From positions 42,427-106,426 of the forward strand of contig DAITAT010000001.1 of NCBI GenBank assembly GCA_036824145.1: a DNA stretch of 64,000 bases, in the 5' to 3' direction. The notes beneath the pieces are model-generated. The model was not told where the DNA came from and ran no database searches. It saw nothing but the letters and a program-made list of their open reading frames with translations. This DNA comes from Candidatus Dormiibacterota bacterium. GTDB lineage: Bacteria > Chloroflexota > Dormibacteria > DASZGP01. The position numbers and the translations under genes were made by a program. Each line of letters begins with the position of its first letter. Positions within the stretch are counted from its first letter, which is position 1. Below are positions 28,889 through 38,206 of this stretch, piece after piece.

Positions 28889-29251
28889 ATGACGCCCCGA
28901 CAGATGGTCCGGCTGGTGCGTGGAGCCGCTCTGTCCAAGAAAGCCCGGGATGTCGTCGAGATCGATCTACGCAAGAAGAGCTCCCTGGCTGACTTCTTCG
29001 TGATCTGCGAGGGCGATACCGACCGCCAAACCCGTGCCATCGCCGATGCGGTCCGCGAGGCTGCCAAGGCCAAGGGGGTCTCACCGCTCCACGCTGCGGG
29101 CGAAGCCGATGGGGCCTGGATCCTGCTGGACTACGTCGAGGTCGTGGTCCACATCTTTCTCCCCGGGGAGCGGGTGTTCTATGACCTCGAAACGCTTTGG
29201 AACCCCGAACCCAGGGTGGGGCTCGCCAGGCGTCGCCGGGCGGAGGCATGA
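28889..29251 (+). CDS. rsfS: Ribosomal silencing factor RsfS (Iojap)
   Basis: DVVEIDLRKKSSLADFFVICEG... and WILLDYVEVVVHIF motifs. Confidence 0.9.
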   Translation: MTPRQMVRLVRGAALSKKARDVVEIDLRKKSSLADFFVICEGDTDRQTRAIADAVREAAKAKGVSPLHAAGEADGAWILLDYVEVVVHIFLPGERVFYDLETLWNPEPRVGLARRRRAEA

Positions 29252-29904
29252 TCCAGTCGCGCATGCGCGTGACCCGGGCCTCGGAGCGCAAGCGTGCCCC
29301 GGAGCGGAAGAGCGATCGCACCCGCCGGCGCGTCCTGTCCGCAGCCAAGCAACTCTTCGATCGCAAGGGTTATCGCGACACCACCATCGACGACATAACG
29401 CGGAAGGCGAAGATCGCCCACGGCACCTTCTATCTCTACTTCCACGGCAAGCGCGACCTGCTCAAAGAGCTGCTGGAGCAGACATTTGGGGAGTTCGACG
29501 TCATCGTCAGCGTTCCCTTCAGTGTCGACGAGATCCCCGACCTGTTGCGCAAGGCGCTGGAGACCTACCGGAGAAACCAGCTGCTGATGCGAGTGCTGCG
29601 CGAGGCCTCAGCTGCCGACGTATTTTTCCGCAAGCACTACGACGAATATTTTGCCGAGCTTTTGGTCAATCACCTCTGCGTAAGCATCACGGCTTTGCAA
29701 AAGCAACTCGGCACGCGCCCGGTCGATCCGCGCGGTGCGGCGCGCGCAATCGTAGGCATGATCGAGAGTTTTGCGTACGGTGTTTTTATCGGCGGCGAAG
29801 ACTATTCGCTCGACCTCGTCGTCGACACGCTGACGCATTTTTGCCTCAGTGCAGTAGGCATTCCGAGTATGACAACCCTTGACGGAACTGAAAAGGGCGC
29901 GTAA
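29248..29904 (+). CDS. TetR/AcrR family transcriptional regulator
   Basis: HTH region RRRVLSAAKQLFDRKGYRDTTIDDITRKAKIAHGTFYLYF; ATGA overlap with rsfS stop; 3' half in lower-GC sequence. Confidence 0.8.
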   Translation: MIQSRMRVTRASERKRAPERKSDRTRRRVLSAAKQLFDRKGYRDTTIDDITRKAKIAHGTFYLYFHGKRDLLKELLEQTFGEFDVIVSVPFSVDEIPDLLRKALETYRRNQLLMRVLREASAADVFFRKHYDEYFAELLVNHLCVSITALQKQLGTRPVDPRGAARAIVGMIESFAYGVFIGGEDYSLDLVVDTLTHFCLSAVGIPSMTTLDGTEKGA

Positions 29905-29952
29905 CCTGCTCGCACGAGCAGGCATTTGCCTGGCGCAACTGAATAAACGTCC

Positions 29953-30993
29953 TTGCAAACCTCCAATCTCAACGTCCTCTCTGCCGCATTTCTCGTCGCT
30001 CTTGTTGCGTGCGGCCAATCCACCACGTCCTCACGATCGGCATCAATGCGATCGCTCAGCGGGCACGCAGTGGTGGATCCCTCGCCGGAGCCCACCCCGA
30101 CGCCCTCGCCCAAGGTTGATCTCGGCCCAGCGCCCGTGGCCAACCCCGGACCGCTGCCGGGCCAGGGGCTTCCTCTCAGCGGTCTGATTCCATATCCGCT
30201 CCTGATCCAGGTCGAGAACACTCAGCCCGCGCGACCGCAGGCCGGGCTCCAGGCGGCGTCGGTGATCTTCGAATCGATCTCAGAAGGCGGAATCACAAGA
30301 TTCTCCGCTCTGTATCACCGGGTGCCCGGTGTGGTCGGGCCGGTGCGGAGCGCGCGGTTTGTGTCGGTATACCTGTACCACCGATTCGACTCTCTGTTAA
30401 TGGCCAGCGGTGGCTCTTCCTGGACCTATCAGAAAATCTTCGCCGACGCCGGCCTGCCCGCCATCATCAACGATTTCGACAACGGCCGGCACTTTTTCCG
30501 GTGGAACGGCCGCCTCGCGCCGCACAACCTGTACACGTCTCAGGCGGAGATGCTCGCCGCCGCCAGTGCCGGCGCACGATCGTCTCGATCGGATGACTTT
30601 TTGCGTTCAGACACCTGGAGCGGGACCGAACCGGTGACCGGCATCAACGTCGCCGACATGAACACGGTGTTCGATTATTCCGCCGGCGCCTACGGCGTCA
30701 CCAGCGATGGCATGCGGCAGGATGATGTTGTGTACGGTCCGGTTCGGGCCCAGTCCGTAGCGGTGCTCCACGTCCGGCAATGGATCACGGGCATGACCGA
30801 GGACGTCAGCGGTGGCAAGGCTCGCGACTTCGATTTAACCGCCGGGGGCGCCGCTGAGCTGTACGCCCACGGGACGATGGTCCAGGGACGCTGGGACTCC
30901 CCGGCCGACAACGCGCCCTTGCGCTTGCTCGGGCCCGACGGCCAGCTGATCGGGATGCCCCCAGGACTCCTCTGGGTCTCACTGGCGGAGTAG
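29953..30993 (+). CDS. Secreted lipoprotein, DUF3048 (YerB-like) family, Pro-rich linker
   Basis: Lipobox LVAC, PEPTPTPSP linker, conserved core around SARFVSVYLYHRFD; family assignment from memory. Confidence 0.5.
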   Translation: MQTSNLNVLSAAFLVALVACGQSTTSSRSASMRSLSGHAVVDPSPEPTPTPSPKVDLGPAPVANPGPLPGQGLPLSGLIPYPLLIQVENTQPARPQAGLQAASVIFESISEGGITRFSALYHRVPGVVGPVRSARFVSVYLYHRFDSLLMASGGSSWTYQKIFADAGLPAIINDFDNGRHFFRWNGRLAPHNLYTSQAEMLAAASAGARSSRSDDFLRSDTWSGTEPVTGINVADMNTVFDYSAGAYGVTSDGMRQDDVVYGPVRAQSVAVLHVRQWITGMTEDVSGGKARDFDLTAGGAAELYAHGTMVQGRWDSPADNAPLRLLGPDGQLIGMPPGLLWVSLAE

Positions 30994-31043
30994 CCGTGGT
31001 GTCGTCGGGCCGCGTCGGGCCGGCTCCTCAGTAGACTCAGCGG

Positions 31044-32009
31044 ATGCCGGGACCGCCGCGCCTTATCGATGAGCTGCTGCAGCGGCGCGTGCTCATCCTC
31101 ACCGGCAAGGGCGGCGTCGGCAAAAGCACCACCTCGGCGGCGCTGGCGCTGATCGCAGCCCAGCGCGGCAAGCGGGTCCTGGTCGTCGAGGTCGACGCCA
31201 AGGGCAACGTTCCCGACTTCTTCGACACCAGGCGGGTGGGCTACAAGTACCGGCGCCTGCACAAGAACGTGTGGGGCTTGTCGATGCAGCCCAAGGACTC
31301 GATGCAGGAGTACCTGTCGCTGATGTTGCACGTTCCCGGCTTCTCCTTGAAACCGATGCGGGGATTCATCGAGTACGCGTCCGGCGCAATCCCGGGGCTG
31401 AAGGAGATCCTTGTCACGGGCAAGGTCTATTTCGAAGAGGAGGCGACCGATGACGGCCAGCCGAGGTGGGACCTCGTGGTTGTCGACGGCGCTCCGACCG
31501 GGCACGTTGTCTCGCAACTGGGCGCCGCTCGTCACCTGGCGGGGCTGGTCAAGTCGGGGGCGATCCACGACCAGGCGGTGCGGATCGCCGACCTGCTGGC
31601 CGACCCGGCGAGTACCGCCGTGGTGCTGGTCACCATCGTGGAGGAGATGCCGGTCAACGAAACCATCGACCTGGCCCACCGCTTCGCCGACGAAACCGAT
31701 ATCAAGCCCGCCGCCCTGCTCGTCAACCAGCTGCAGCCAGAGGTTGTACCCGAGTCCGAGATCACGGCCTTCAAGCGACTGATCGCGGGCGCTGGTCGCA
31801 GGCAATTTCTCAAAAAGTACCCCGAAGGCGAGCCCCTCATCGGCGCCGGCGAGATGATGCTCGAAGCGCGTGATCGGTCCCGCCACCTGGGTCAACTGCT
31901 GCAGCGCTCAATGAAGCTCCCCACGGTCAACGTGCCCTACGTCTTCCAACGACATCACGGTTTCGCTTTCACCAGGACCATGGCCAAGGCCCTGGAGCAG
32001 GTCGAGTGA
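31044..32009 (+). CDS. ArsA/Get3-like anion-transporting ATPase family protein (paralogue 1)
   Basis: Deviant Walker A GKGGVGKSTTSAALAL; 321 aa. Confidence 0.8.
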   Translation: MPGPPRLIDELLQRRVLILTGKGGVGKSTTSAALALIAAQRGKRVLVVEVDAKGNVPDFFDTRRVGYKYRRLHKNVWGLSMQPKDSMQEYLSLMLHVPGFSLKPMRGFIEYASGAIPGLKEILVTGKVYFEEEATDDGQPRWDLVVVDGAPTGHVVSQLGAARHLAGLVKSGAIHDQAVRIADLLADPASTAVVLVTIVEEMPVNETIDLAHRFADETDIKPAALLVNQLQPEVVPESEITAFKRLIAGAGRRQFLKKYPEGEPLIGAGEMMLEARDRSRHLGQLLQRSMKLPTVNVPYVFQRHHGFAFTRTMAKALEQVE

Positions 32010-33118
32010 GCATCGACTCGCTGCTCAAGCCCGGGATCCTTGTCCTCTGCGGCAGCGACGGCGTCGGCAAGACGACCACCGCGGCGGCGCTGGCGGCGCG
32101 GGCCGCCGTCCGCGAGGACATGCGCGTTGCGGTGCTCACCATCGATCCCGCGCGGCGCCTCGCCGACGCCATGGGCCTGGCCAAGCTCGGCAACCGCCTG
32201 CGCCAGGTCAAGCTCGAAGGCGCCGGCCGCGGGGGCGCCCCCCGCGGCCGCCTCGAGGCGGGGATGCTGGAGACCAAGTCCGCATGGGACCAGCTCATCA
32301 CCCAGCAGGCCGGCAGCCGAACGAAGGCCGACAAGATCCTCTCCAACCCCTTCTACAAAGAGATCTCGGGAGCCTTCGTGGGCTCCCACGAGTACATCGC
32401 CATGGAGCGGCTATACGACTTACATCAGTCTGGGAAGTACGACCTGATCGTCCTGGACACGCCTCCGAGCCGCAACGCCCTCGACTTCCTGGAGGCGCCC
32501 AACCGGATGACCGAGCTTGTCAGCGGTGGGCTGCTAGGGTTGCTGGCGCGGCCGGGGATGTTTGCCGGCAAGGTCGGTCTGCGGATGTTCAGCCTGACCG
32601 CCAAACCGATCATGCGAATCGCCGACAATCTCCTCGGCGGGAGCACCCTGGGCGAGCTTTCCGAGTTCCTGGTCAGCGTCGAGGACATGTACGAGGGCTT
32701 CAAGGCTCGCGCCGAGGGTGTCCACGCCCTCCTCGGCCAGGCCTCGACCAGCTTCCTGGTGGTGACAACCCTCGAGGACGTGCCCTTCGAGGAGGCTCGC
32801 TTCTTCGTCGAGAAGCTGAGCGAGGCGGGGATGCACCTGGTCGGGGCGATCGTCAACAAGCGGCTACCCGCCTACCTTATCGACCCCGCCGCGACCAACC
32901 TCGCCCGCCGCGTTATAGAGCGCTCCAACCCAATGGAGCGTGCCCTGGCTGAGAACTTCCTCGCCTACCGCACCCAGGGGCAGCGCGACCAGGACCTGAT
33001 GACCCGCATCGCCGAGCTGCAGGTGCCCCTGCTGGGATGGGTGCCCCGGATGCGAGAGCCGGTGGGTGACCTCGATGGCCTCCTCGAGGTGGCGGAACTG
33101 CTCGCCCAAGGGGCTTGA
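32006..33118 (+). CDS. ArsA/Get3-like anion-transporting ATPase family protein (paralogue 2)
   Basis: Walker A GSDGVGKTTTAAALA; GTGA start/stop overlap with paralogue 1. Confidence 0.8.
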   Translation: MSIDSLLKPGILVLCGSDGVGKTTTAAALAARAAVREDMRVAVLTIDPARRLADAMGLAKLGNRLRQVKLEGAGRGGAPRGRLEAGMLETKSAWDQLITQQAGSRTKADKILSNPFYKEISGAFVGSHEYIAMERLYDLHQSGKYDLIVLDTPPSRNALDFLEAPNRMTELVSGGLLGLLARPGMFAGKVGLRMFSLTAKPIMRIADNLLGGSTLGELSEFLVSVEDMYEGFKARAEGVHALLGQASTSFLVVTTLEDVPFEEARFFVEKLSEAGMHLVGAIVNKRLPAYLIDPAATNLARRVIERSNPMERALAENFLAYRTQGQRDQDLMTRIAELQVPLLGWVPRMREPVGDLDGLLEVAELLAQGA

Positions 33119-33159
33119 GGCAAAGGGCCTGAGCCCAGCGGGCGCAAGCCGATGCGAGG

Positions 33160-33645
33160 TCAGGCGCCCGAGCTGACCCCGACGGGTTTGAAAAGCTGCA
33201 GCGGCTCCCCGCAGCTGCGGCATTTGGCGGTGGCCCGGCAGGGGGTGCTGCCAAACCGGGAGACCAGGGCCACGTTGCGCTCATGGCAGTTGAGGCAGAC
33301 CACGTCCTCGACCACCAGGCTCCGTAGCGGTGGTGGCACGATGCCGAACTCGGCAACCTGGCGCCGACCGGTCTCTGTGATCATCGATGTGCTCCACGGG
33401 AGGTCAGCCCGTACCAGCACCCGCAGCGGCTCGAGGCCGGCCTTCACAAGCGTCTTCTGTACCTCGTCGGTGATCACCCCGATCGCGGGGCAGCCGCTGA
33501 AGGTGGGCAGCAGCTCCACCACCATGACGCCGTCCTCCTCGCGGAGGTCGTGGAGCATCCCCAGTTCGAGGATGCCCACGGTTGGGATCTCGGGGTCGCG
33601 CAGCTCCGAGAGCGCCTGCCGGGCGACGGCGAGGCGATTCATCAC
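33160..33645 (-). CDS. paaD: 1,2-phenylacetyl-CoA epoxidase subunit D (PaaD/PaaJ; DUF59 plus C-terminal Cys cluster)
   Basis: DUF59/MIP18-like N-terminus, C-terminal CLNC...CRSC; adjacent to paaC. Confidence 0.75.
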   Translation of the reverse strand: MMNRLAVARQALSELRDPEIPTVGILELGMLHDLREEDGVMVVELLPTFSGCPAIGVITDEVQKTLVKAGLEPLRVLVRADLPWSTSMITETGRRQVAEFGIVPPPLRSLVVEDVVCLNCHERNVALVSRFGSTPCRATAKCRSCGEPLQLFKPVGVSSGA

Positions 33646-34409
33646 CAGCTGGCCCCGGCGTGGGCCCGGCGCAGCCCGGTCAGGTCTCGATGCAGCCGGT
33701 AGAGGCCGGGCGGCGCCACTCCATCCCCGCGTCCGGCCAGCGGCTCCAGCGCCGAAGCCGCCTCGGTGGCCGTCCAGCCCGCCGCCAGGAGTCGCTCTTT
33801 GAGGGCGGTGGAGTAGGCGCGGGCAAGCTCGTCTTGGCCCGCCATGGCCCCTGCGGTCCGGAGATCGTTGAGGCCGGCCACCGAAAGCACAGGATTACCG
33901 GCGCTCGCCGTGACCCGGCCCAGCTGCGCCACCATCCGTCGGCGCTGCGGCGGCCGGCTCGAGAGCAGCCCCAGCCACTGGACGGCGTGCTCCTCGTGGT
34001 AGATCTCCTCGTTGCCCACCCGGTTGGCGGCCCCCGCCAGCAGCGGCAGCGAGCTCTTGACGGCGGCGGCCAGGAAGACCTCCTCGAAGACGTCCCAGTA
34101 GAGGTGCCGGGCAATCGTGAAGAACCAATCCCCGTTGGCTGCGTGCAGGAGGGGGAGGTGGCGCAGCTGCCGCGGTCCCCTGTCCAGTGCCAGGGCGTCG
34201 ACTGCGTCTTCGCTCTCAGCGCCCGCCACCAGGGAGTAATAGAGGTGGGCGTGTCCGATCTCGTCCTGTGCGATCGAGCTGAAGGCGACGTCTGCCTCGG
34301 CCGAGGGGGCGAAGCCGGTCCACTCCGAATGGCGATGACCTATGACGAGCTCGCTGTCGGCGAGGAAGAGGAGCAGATTGACATATGCATCTTCGAGGCG
34401 GGGCTCCAT
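33642..34409 (-). CDS. paaC: 1,2-phenylacetyl-CoA epoxidase subunit C (PaaC/PaaI)
   Basis: Ferritin-like di-iron-related fold sequence DEIGHAHLYYSL; start set at MEPRLEDAYV (ORF continues as Arg-rich extension to 34688). Confidence 0.7.
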   Translation of the reverse strand: MEPRLEDAYVNLLLFLADSELVIGHRHSEWTGFAPSAEADVAFSSIAQDEIGHAHLYYSLVAGAESEDAVDALALDRGPRQLRHLPLLHAANGDWFFTIARHLYWDVFEEVFLAAAVKSSLPLLAGAANRVGNEEIYHEEHAVQWLGLLSSRPPQRRRMVAQLGRVTASAGNPVLSVAGLNDLRTAGAMAGQDELARAYSTALKERLLAAGWTATEAASALEPLAGRGDGVAPPGLYRLHRDLTGLRRAHAGASW

Positions 34410-34462
34410 CTCACGCAGCGCCGGGTTGGTGGCGACTACGAGGACGCTGGCGGCGCCGGCGC

Positions 34463-34795
34463 TCACGACTTCAGGTCCGGGCCGGACGACGAGAGCGTTT
34501 GCTCCTCCGAAAGGCTGGTGCTGGGAACGTTGGCTTCGACCAGGCGCCGGCGCCGGCCCAGGTCGGCGTACGACTGGATCTCGCGGTAGCTCTTGTCCAA
34601 GCCTTCGTCGGCGACGGCATGGAAGCGACGCAGGTGATCGTCGTCGACGAGCCAGATCTCGTCGGCCTCGCCGCGGCGGCTGAAGCATTGTCGGGCCATG
34701 GTCAGGCCCATCTCGATGTGGGGGGCGTCTACGGTTCCTACATGATGGATGGGCTCGCCGCTACCCCGCCGGCCGAAGACCTCGTAGCGGGCCAT
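34463..34795 (-). CDS. paaB: 1,2-phenylacetyl-CoA epoxidase subunit B (PaaB/PaaH)
   Basis: MARYEVFGRRGSGEPIHHVGTVDAP... canonical PaaB, about 110 aa. Confidence 0.85.
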   Translation of the reverse strand: MARYEVFGRRGSGEPIHHVGTVDAPHIEMGLTMARQCFSRRGEADEIWLVDDDHLRRFHAVADEGLDKSYREIQSYADLGRRRRLVEANVPSTSLSEEQTLSSSGPDLKS

Positions 34796-35739
34796 CAGTT
34801 CAGGAGCTCGACCACGGTCGCGTGGCGGCGCGAGAAGGCACGCCGCAAGGCCAACCGCTTCTGGCTCTCGGGCCCGTGGTTGGTAACGACCTCCTTCAGC
34901 TTGTCCCAGTCCGGCTGCCGGTACTCCCAACTGCCGTCCGGCAGCTGCCGCAGGGCCGGATCCGGGAGGCTGTAGCCCAGCGACCAGATTCGGGGCACGT
35001 AGCGGCTCAGGAAGCGCTGTCGCAGCGTCTCGTTGTCGTCGGTCTTGACCCGGTATTGGATCAGCAGATCGCGCTCGGCATCGGAGGGCGGGCCGAAAAA
35101 GTGCATCAATGCCTCCCACCACCGGTTGAGCGCCCGCTGGAACATCTCGAATTGCTCGGGAGTCCCGGAGGCGAGCTCCAAGGTCAACGCCTCGCCGTGC
35201 TTGAGATGTAGCGATTCCTCGGCGCAGATGCGCCGCAGCGCGCGGGCGTAGGGCGCGTAGCTGGCCTCCAGTAGCGCGTGCTGGGTGACCAGCGCGGCGC
35301 CGTCGACCAACCAGCCGATCAGCGCGACATCACCCCAGGTCGGCACCGGGTAGTGGAAGACGTTGTGGAACTTCGAACGCCCGTTGATGAGGTCGTCGAG
35401 CATCTGACGGCGCGGCTTACCGAGATCCTCGGCCAGCGAGTACAGGATCTGCGCATGCCCGACCTCGTCCTGGACCTTGGCGGTGAGCGTTAGCTTCCGT
35501 TTCAGCGTTGGCGCCCGAGGAATCCACTCCCTCTCGGGCATGGCGCCCATGAATTCGCTATTGGCGTGCATCTCAAGGAATTTGAGGACCCCGGCCCGGT
35601 AATCGTCTGGCATCCAGTCCGCCGATTCGACTTTGCCGCCGGCCTGGACGTAGGCGCGGAAGCTATCGACGTCCCGTGGCAGGACCACGTCGACCGCGAT
35701 ATTCATGTCACAAGCGTACGCCGGTGCGTAAATCCACAT
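34795..35739 (-). CDS. paaA: 1,2-phenylacetyl-CoA epoxidase catalytic subunit A (PaaA)
   Basis: Di-iron ligand motifs QDEVGHAQ and EESLHLKHG. Confidence 0.85.
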   Translation of the reverse strand: MWIYAPAYACDMNIAVDVVLPRDVDSFRAYVQAGGKVESADWMPDDYRAGVLKFLEMHANSEFMGAMPEREWIPRAPTLKRKLTLTAKVQDEVGHAQILYSLAEDLGKPRRQMLDDLINGRSKFHNVFHYPVPTWGDVALIGWLVDGAALVTQHALLEASYAPYARALRRICAEESLHLKHGEALTLELASGTPEQFEMFQRALNRWWEALMHFFGPPSDAERDLLIQYRVKTDDNETLRQRFLSRYVPRIWSLGYSLPDPALRQLPDGSWEYRQPDWDKLKEVVTNHGPESQKRLALRRAFSRRHATVVELLN

Positions 35740-35774
35740 TCCCGATCTCGGTTTGAGGGTGTTACAACACCAAA

Positions 35775-38162
35775 ATGACGCTCCGGTTTGGTCGTCGCCC
35801 CCGGCCGGCGCGGCCGTCAGGCTCGCTTCCCTGTTACGACCACGGTTGTCTCCACGAAACCGCGGTCCCCTGCGCTTACACCGACCGCCGCCGGCGTGCC
35901 TGTCCTACCGCCTGGTGCCCCGACCACTATGCCGTCGTCAACGGTGTGCCCTATTGCCGGCGACATGCCGGCGTGGTTCGCGCGCTGGCGGCGCAGCCGG
36001 ATGAGCTTCGCCTTTGGCCCGACGTTTCCAACCGCGCTGCCTCGCTGTGCGAGTGGATCGCCAATGACCTCGGGTCCGGGATTCGGGCGATCCTCAAAGT
36101 GGCTCAAGGGGTCCAGTCGGGCTGGTCCCTGTCCGAGAGCGCCCTCACCAGTGTCATCCAGGGCACGCCACGATCGATGGTCTGGAATCGCGGCTGGATG
36201 CTGAGCGACCACACCGGTAAGCAGATGAGAGTGTCGATATCGGTCGACGAAGCTCGTGACTCCGAGGTGGCGGTGCGCGTCGATTCCGCCGAGGTGGCGC
36301 GTTTCATCCCGCCGTGGATCATCGAGCGTCGCAGCCAGTCGCGGGCTGACGTTGGGCTGGAGCGGGAACAGCGCGAGTACTTGCGCAGCAGCGTGCTTGA
36401 GGCGGTCGCCGCCGCCACCACCCGGGGGGAATCTTTCGCCGAGATCGGCCGTGTGGTCGAGCGCCTGGCCTTCAGCGAGGAGCGCTTCAAGGAGAGCGAG
36501 GAGCGCAGCCGGGCCGTCCTGGAGAACGTGGCCGACGGCATCATTACGCTGGGCGAAGGCGGCGTCATCGAGTCGCTCAATCCGGCTGCGCGCCGCATCC
36601 TCGGCTACGACGCGGACGAGCTCGTGGGGCGCGCGATCGGCGACCTGGTCATCCCCTCCGATCCCCTTCATACGGAGATGGATTTGGACCAGTGGGCGTC
36701 TCGGACCGACCCCATGGAGATCACCGCCCGCCGCAAGGATGGCACCACCTTCCCGATGGATTTCGGCATCAGCGAGATGCACCTGGGGCCGCGTCGGCTG
36801 TTCATCGCTACCTTCCGCGACATCTCCGAGCGCAAGGCGCAGACCGAGGCGATCGAGTACCAAGCGCTCCACGACGCTCTCACCGGGCTGCCCAACCGCA
36901 CTCTGTTCAGCGATCGCCTGCAGCAGGCGCTCCTCACGGTGCAGCGGAGCCAGCAGGGCCTGGCCATCCTTCTGATCGACCTGGACCGCTTCAAGGAGGT
37001 CAACGACACCCTGGGCCACGAGCACGGTGATGCCCTCTTGCAGGAGATCGGGGCGCGCTTGCGATCGGTGCTCCGCGAATCTGACACCGTCGCCCGCCTG
37101 GGCGGTGACGAGTTTGCCATCCTTCCTTCCGGTGGACTTGAGGGCGCGGCCTTGGAGGCAACCGCCGAGAAGATCCTCGCAGCCCTCCGCCAACCCATCG
37201 AGCTGCTCGGCAACACCGTCGACGTCGACGCCAGCATCGGCGTGGCGCGCTATCCCGAGGATGGCGAGGAGGCCAATGTGCTGCTGCGACGGGCCGACGT
37301 GGCGATGTACCAGGCCAAGCGCAGCCGCAGCGGCTACGCCCTCTACTCGCCCGACCATGACTTCCACAGCGCCGCCCGCCTGGCGCTCATCGGTGAGCTG
37401 CGCGTGGGGATCACGCGGGAAGAGCTGTTGCTCCAGTACCAGCCCAAGGTTGACTGCAAGACTGGGGCGATCGCGGGGGTCGAGGCACTGGTGCGCTGGA
37501 CGCACCCGCGCGACGGCTTGCTGGCCCCCGATCGGTTCATCCCCGCCGCCGAGGAGAGCGGTCTGATCTGGCCCTTGACCGCCTGGGTCCTCAACCAGGC
37601 GCTCCGCCAGGTCCGGCGCTGGGCGGATGACGGCCAGGACATCGGGGTGGCGGTCAACGTCTCGCCGCGCAACCTGCAGGTGGCCGAGCTCGAACAGACC
37701 CTCGCCGAGCTGATCACCGCCTGGGAGGTCGACCCCGGTAAGCTCACGCTGGAGATCACCGAGAGCATGGCCATGGCCTCGGGGTCCCACGACGCCATCG
37801 CCCGGCTGCGCGCCCTCGGGGTCAACCTGTCGATCGACGACTTCGGCACCGGCTACTCGTCCCTGGCTCACCTCAAGAGCCTCCCGGTGCAGGAGATCAA
37901 GATCGATCAATCGTTCGTGCGCGACCTCGCCAACAACGTCGACGACGCCGCCATCGTGCGATCAACGATCGACCTGGGCCACCACCTCGGCCTCCGGGTG
38001 GTTGCGGAGGGGGTGGTCGACGCCAACTCGCTCTGGATGCTCGAGCGGTACGGCTGCGACGCCGCCCAGGGCAACCACATCAGCGAACCACTTACCGGCG
38101 ACGAGATCCTCCGCTGGCTCGCTAACCTGGCTTCATCCCCCCGCGCCGGCAATGTTGGCTGA
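35775..38162 (+). CDS. Signalling protein: Cys-rich N-terminal domain, PAS, GGDEF, EAL (diguanylate cyclase/phosphodiesterase)
   Basis: RLGGDEFAIL (GGDEF), EAL region QPKVD...EALVRW and DDFGTGYSS; PAS region LENVADGIITLGEGG. Confidence 0.85.
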   Translation: MTLRFGRRPRPARPSGSLPCYDHGCLHETAVPCAYTDRRRRACPTAWCPDHYAVVNGVPYCRRHAGVVRALAAQPDELRLWPDVSNRAASLCEWIANDLGSGIRAILKVAQGVQSGWSLSESALTSVIQGTPRSMVWNRGWMLSDHTGKQMRVSISVDEARDSEVAVRVDSAEVARFIPPWIIERRSQSRADVGLEREQREYLRSSVLEAVAAATTRGESFAEIGRVVERLAFSEERFKESEERSRAVLENVADGIITLGEGGVIESLNPAARRILGYDADELVGRAIGDLVIPSDPLHTEMDLDQWASRTDPMEITARRKDGTTFPMDFGISEMHLGPRRLFIATFRDISERKAQTEAIEYQALHDALTGLPNRTLFSDRLQQALLTVQRSQQGLAILLIDLDRFKEVNDTLGHEHGDALLQEIGARLRSVLRESDTVARLGGDEFAILPSGGLEGAALEATAEKILAALRQPIELLGNTVDVDASIGVARYPEDGEEANVLLRRADVAMYQAKRSRSGYALYSPDHDFHSAARLALIGELRVGITREELLLQYQPKVDCKTGAIAGVEALVRWTHPRDGLLAPDRFIPAAEESGLIWPLTAWVLNQALRQVRRWADDGQDIGVAVNVSPRNLQVAELEQTLAELITAWEVDPGKLTLEITESMAMASGSHDAIARLRALGVNLSIDDFGTGYSSLAHLKSLPVQEIKIDQSFVRDLANNVDDAAIVRSTIDLGHHLGLRVVAEGVVDANSLWMLERYGCDAAQGNHISEPLTGDEILRWLANLASSPRAGNVG

Positions 38163-38206
38163 GGTCTGACCGCGGGCCGAGCGGCGGCGCGCCGCCGATC
38201 GCCGCG

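Noticed and set aside
33642-34688. 93-aa Arg-rich N-terminal extension of paaC ORF
   Set aside because: Overlaps paaB in another frame and has non-protein-like composition. PaaC core starts at MEPRLEDAYV.
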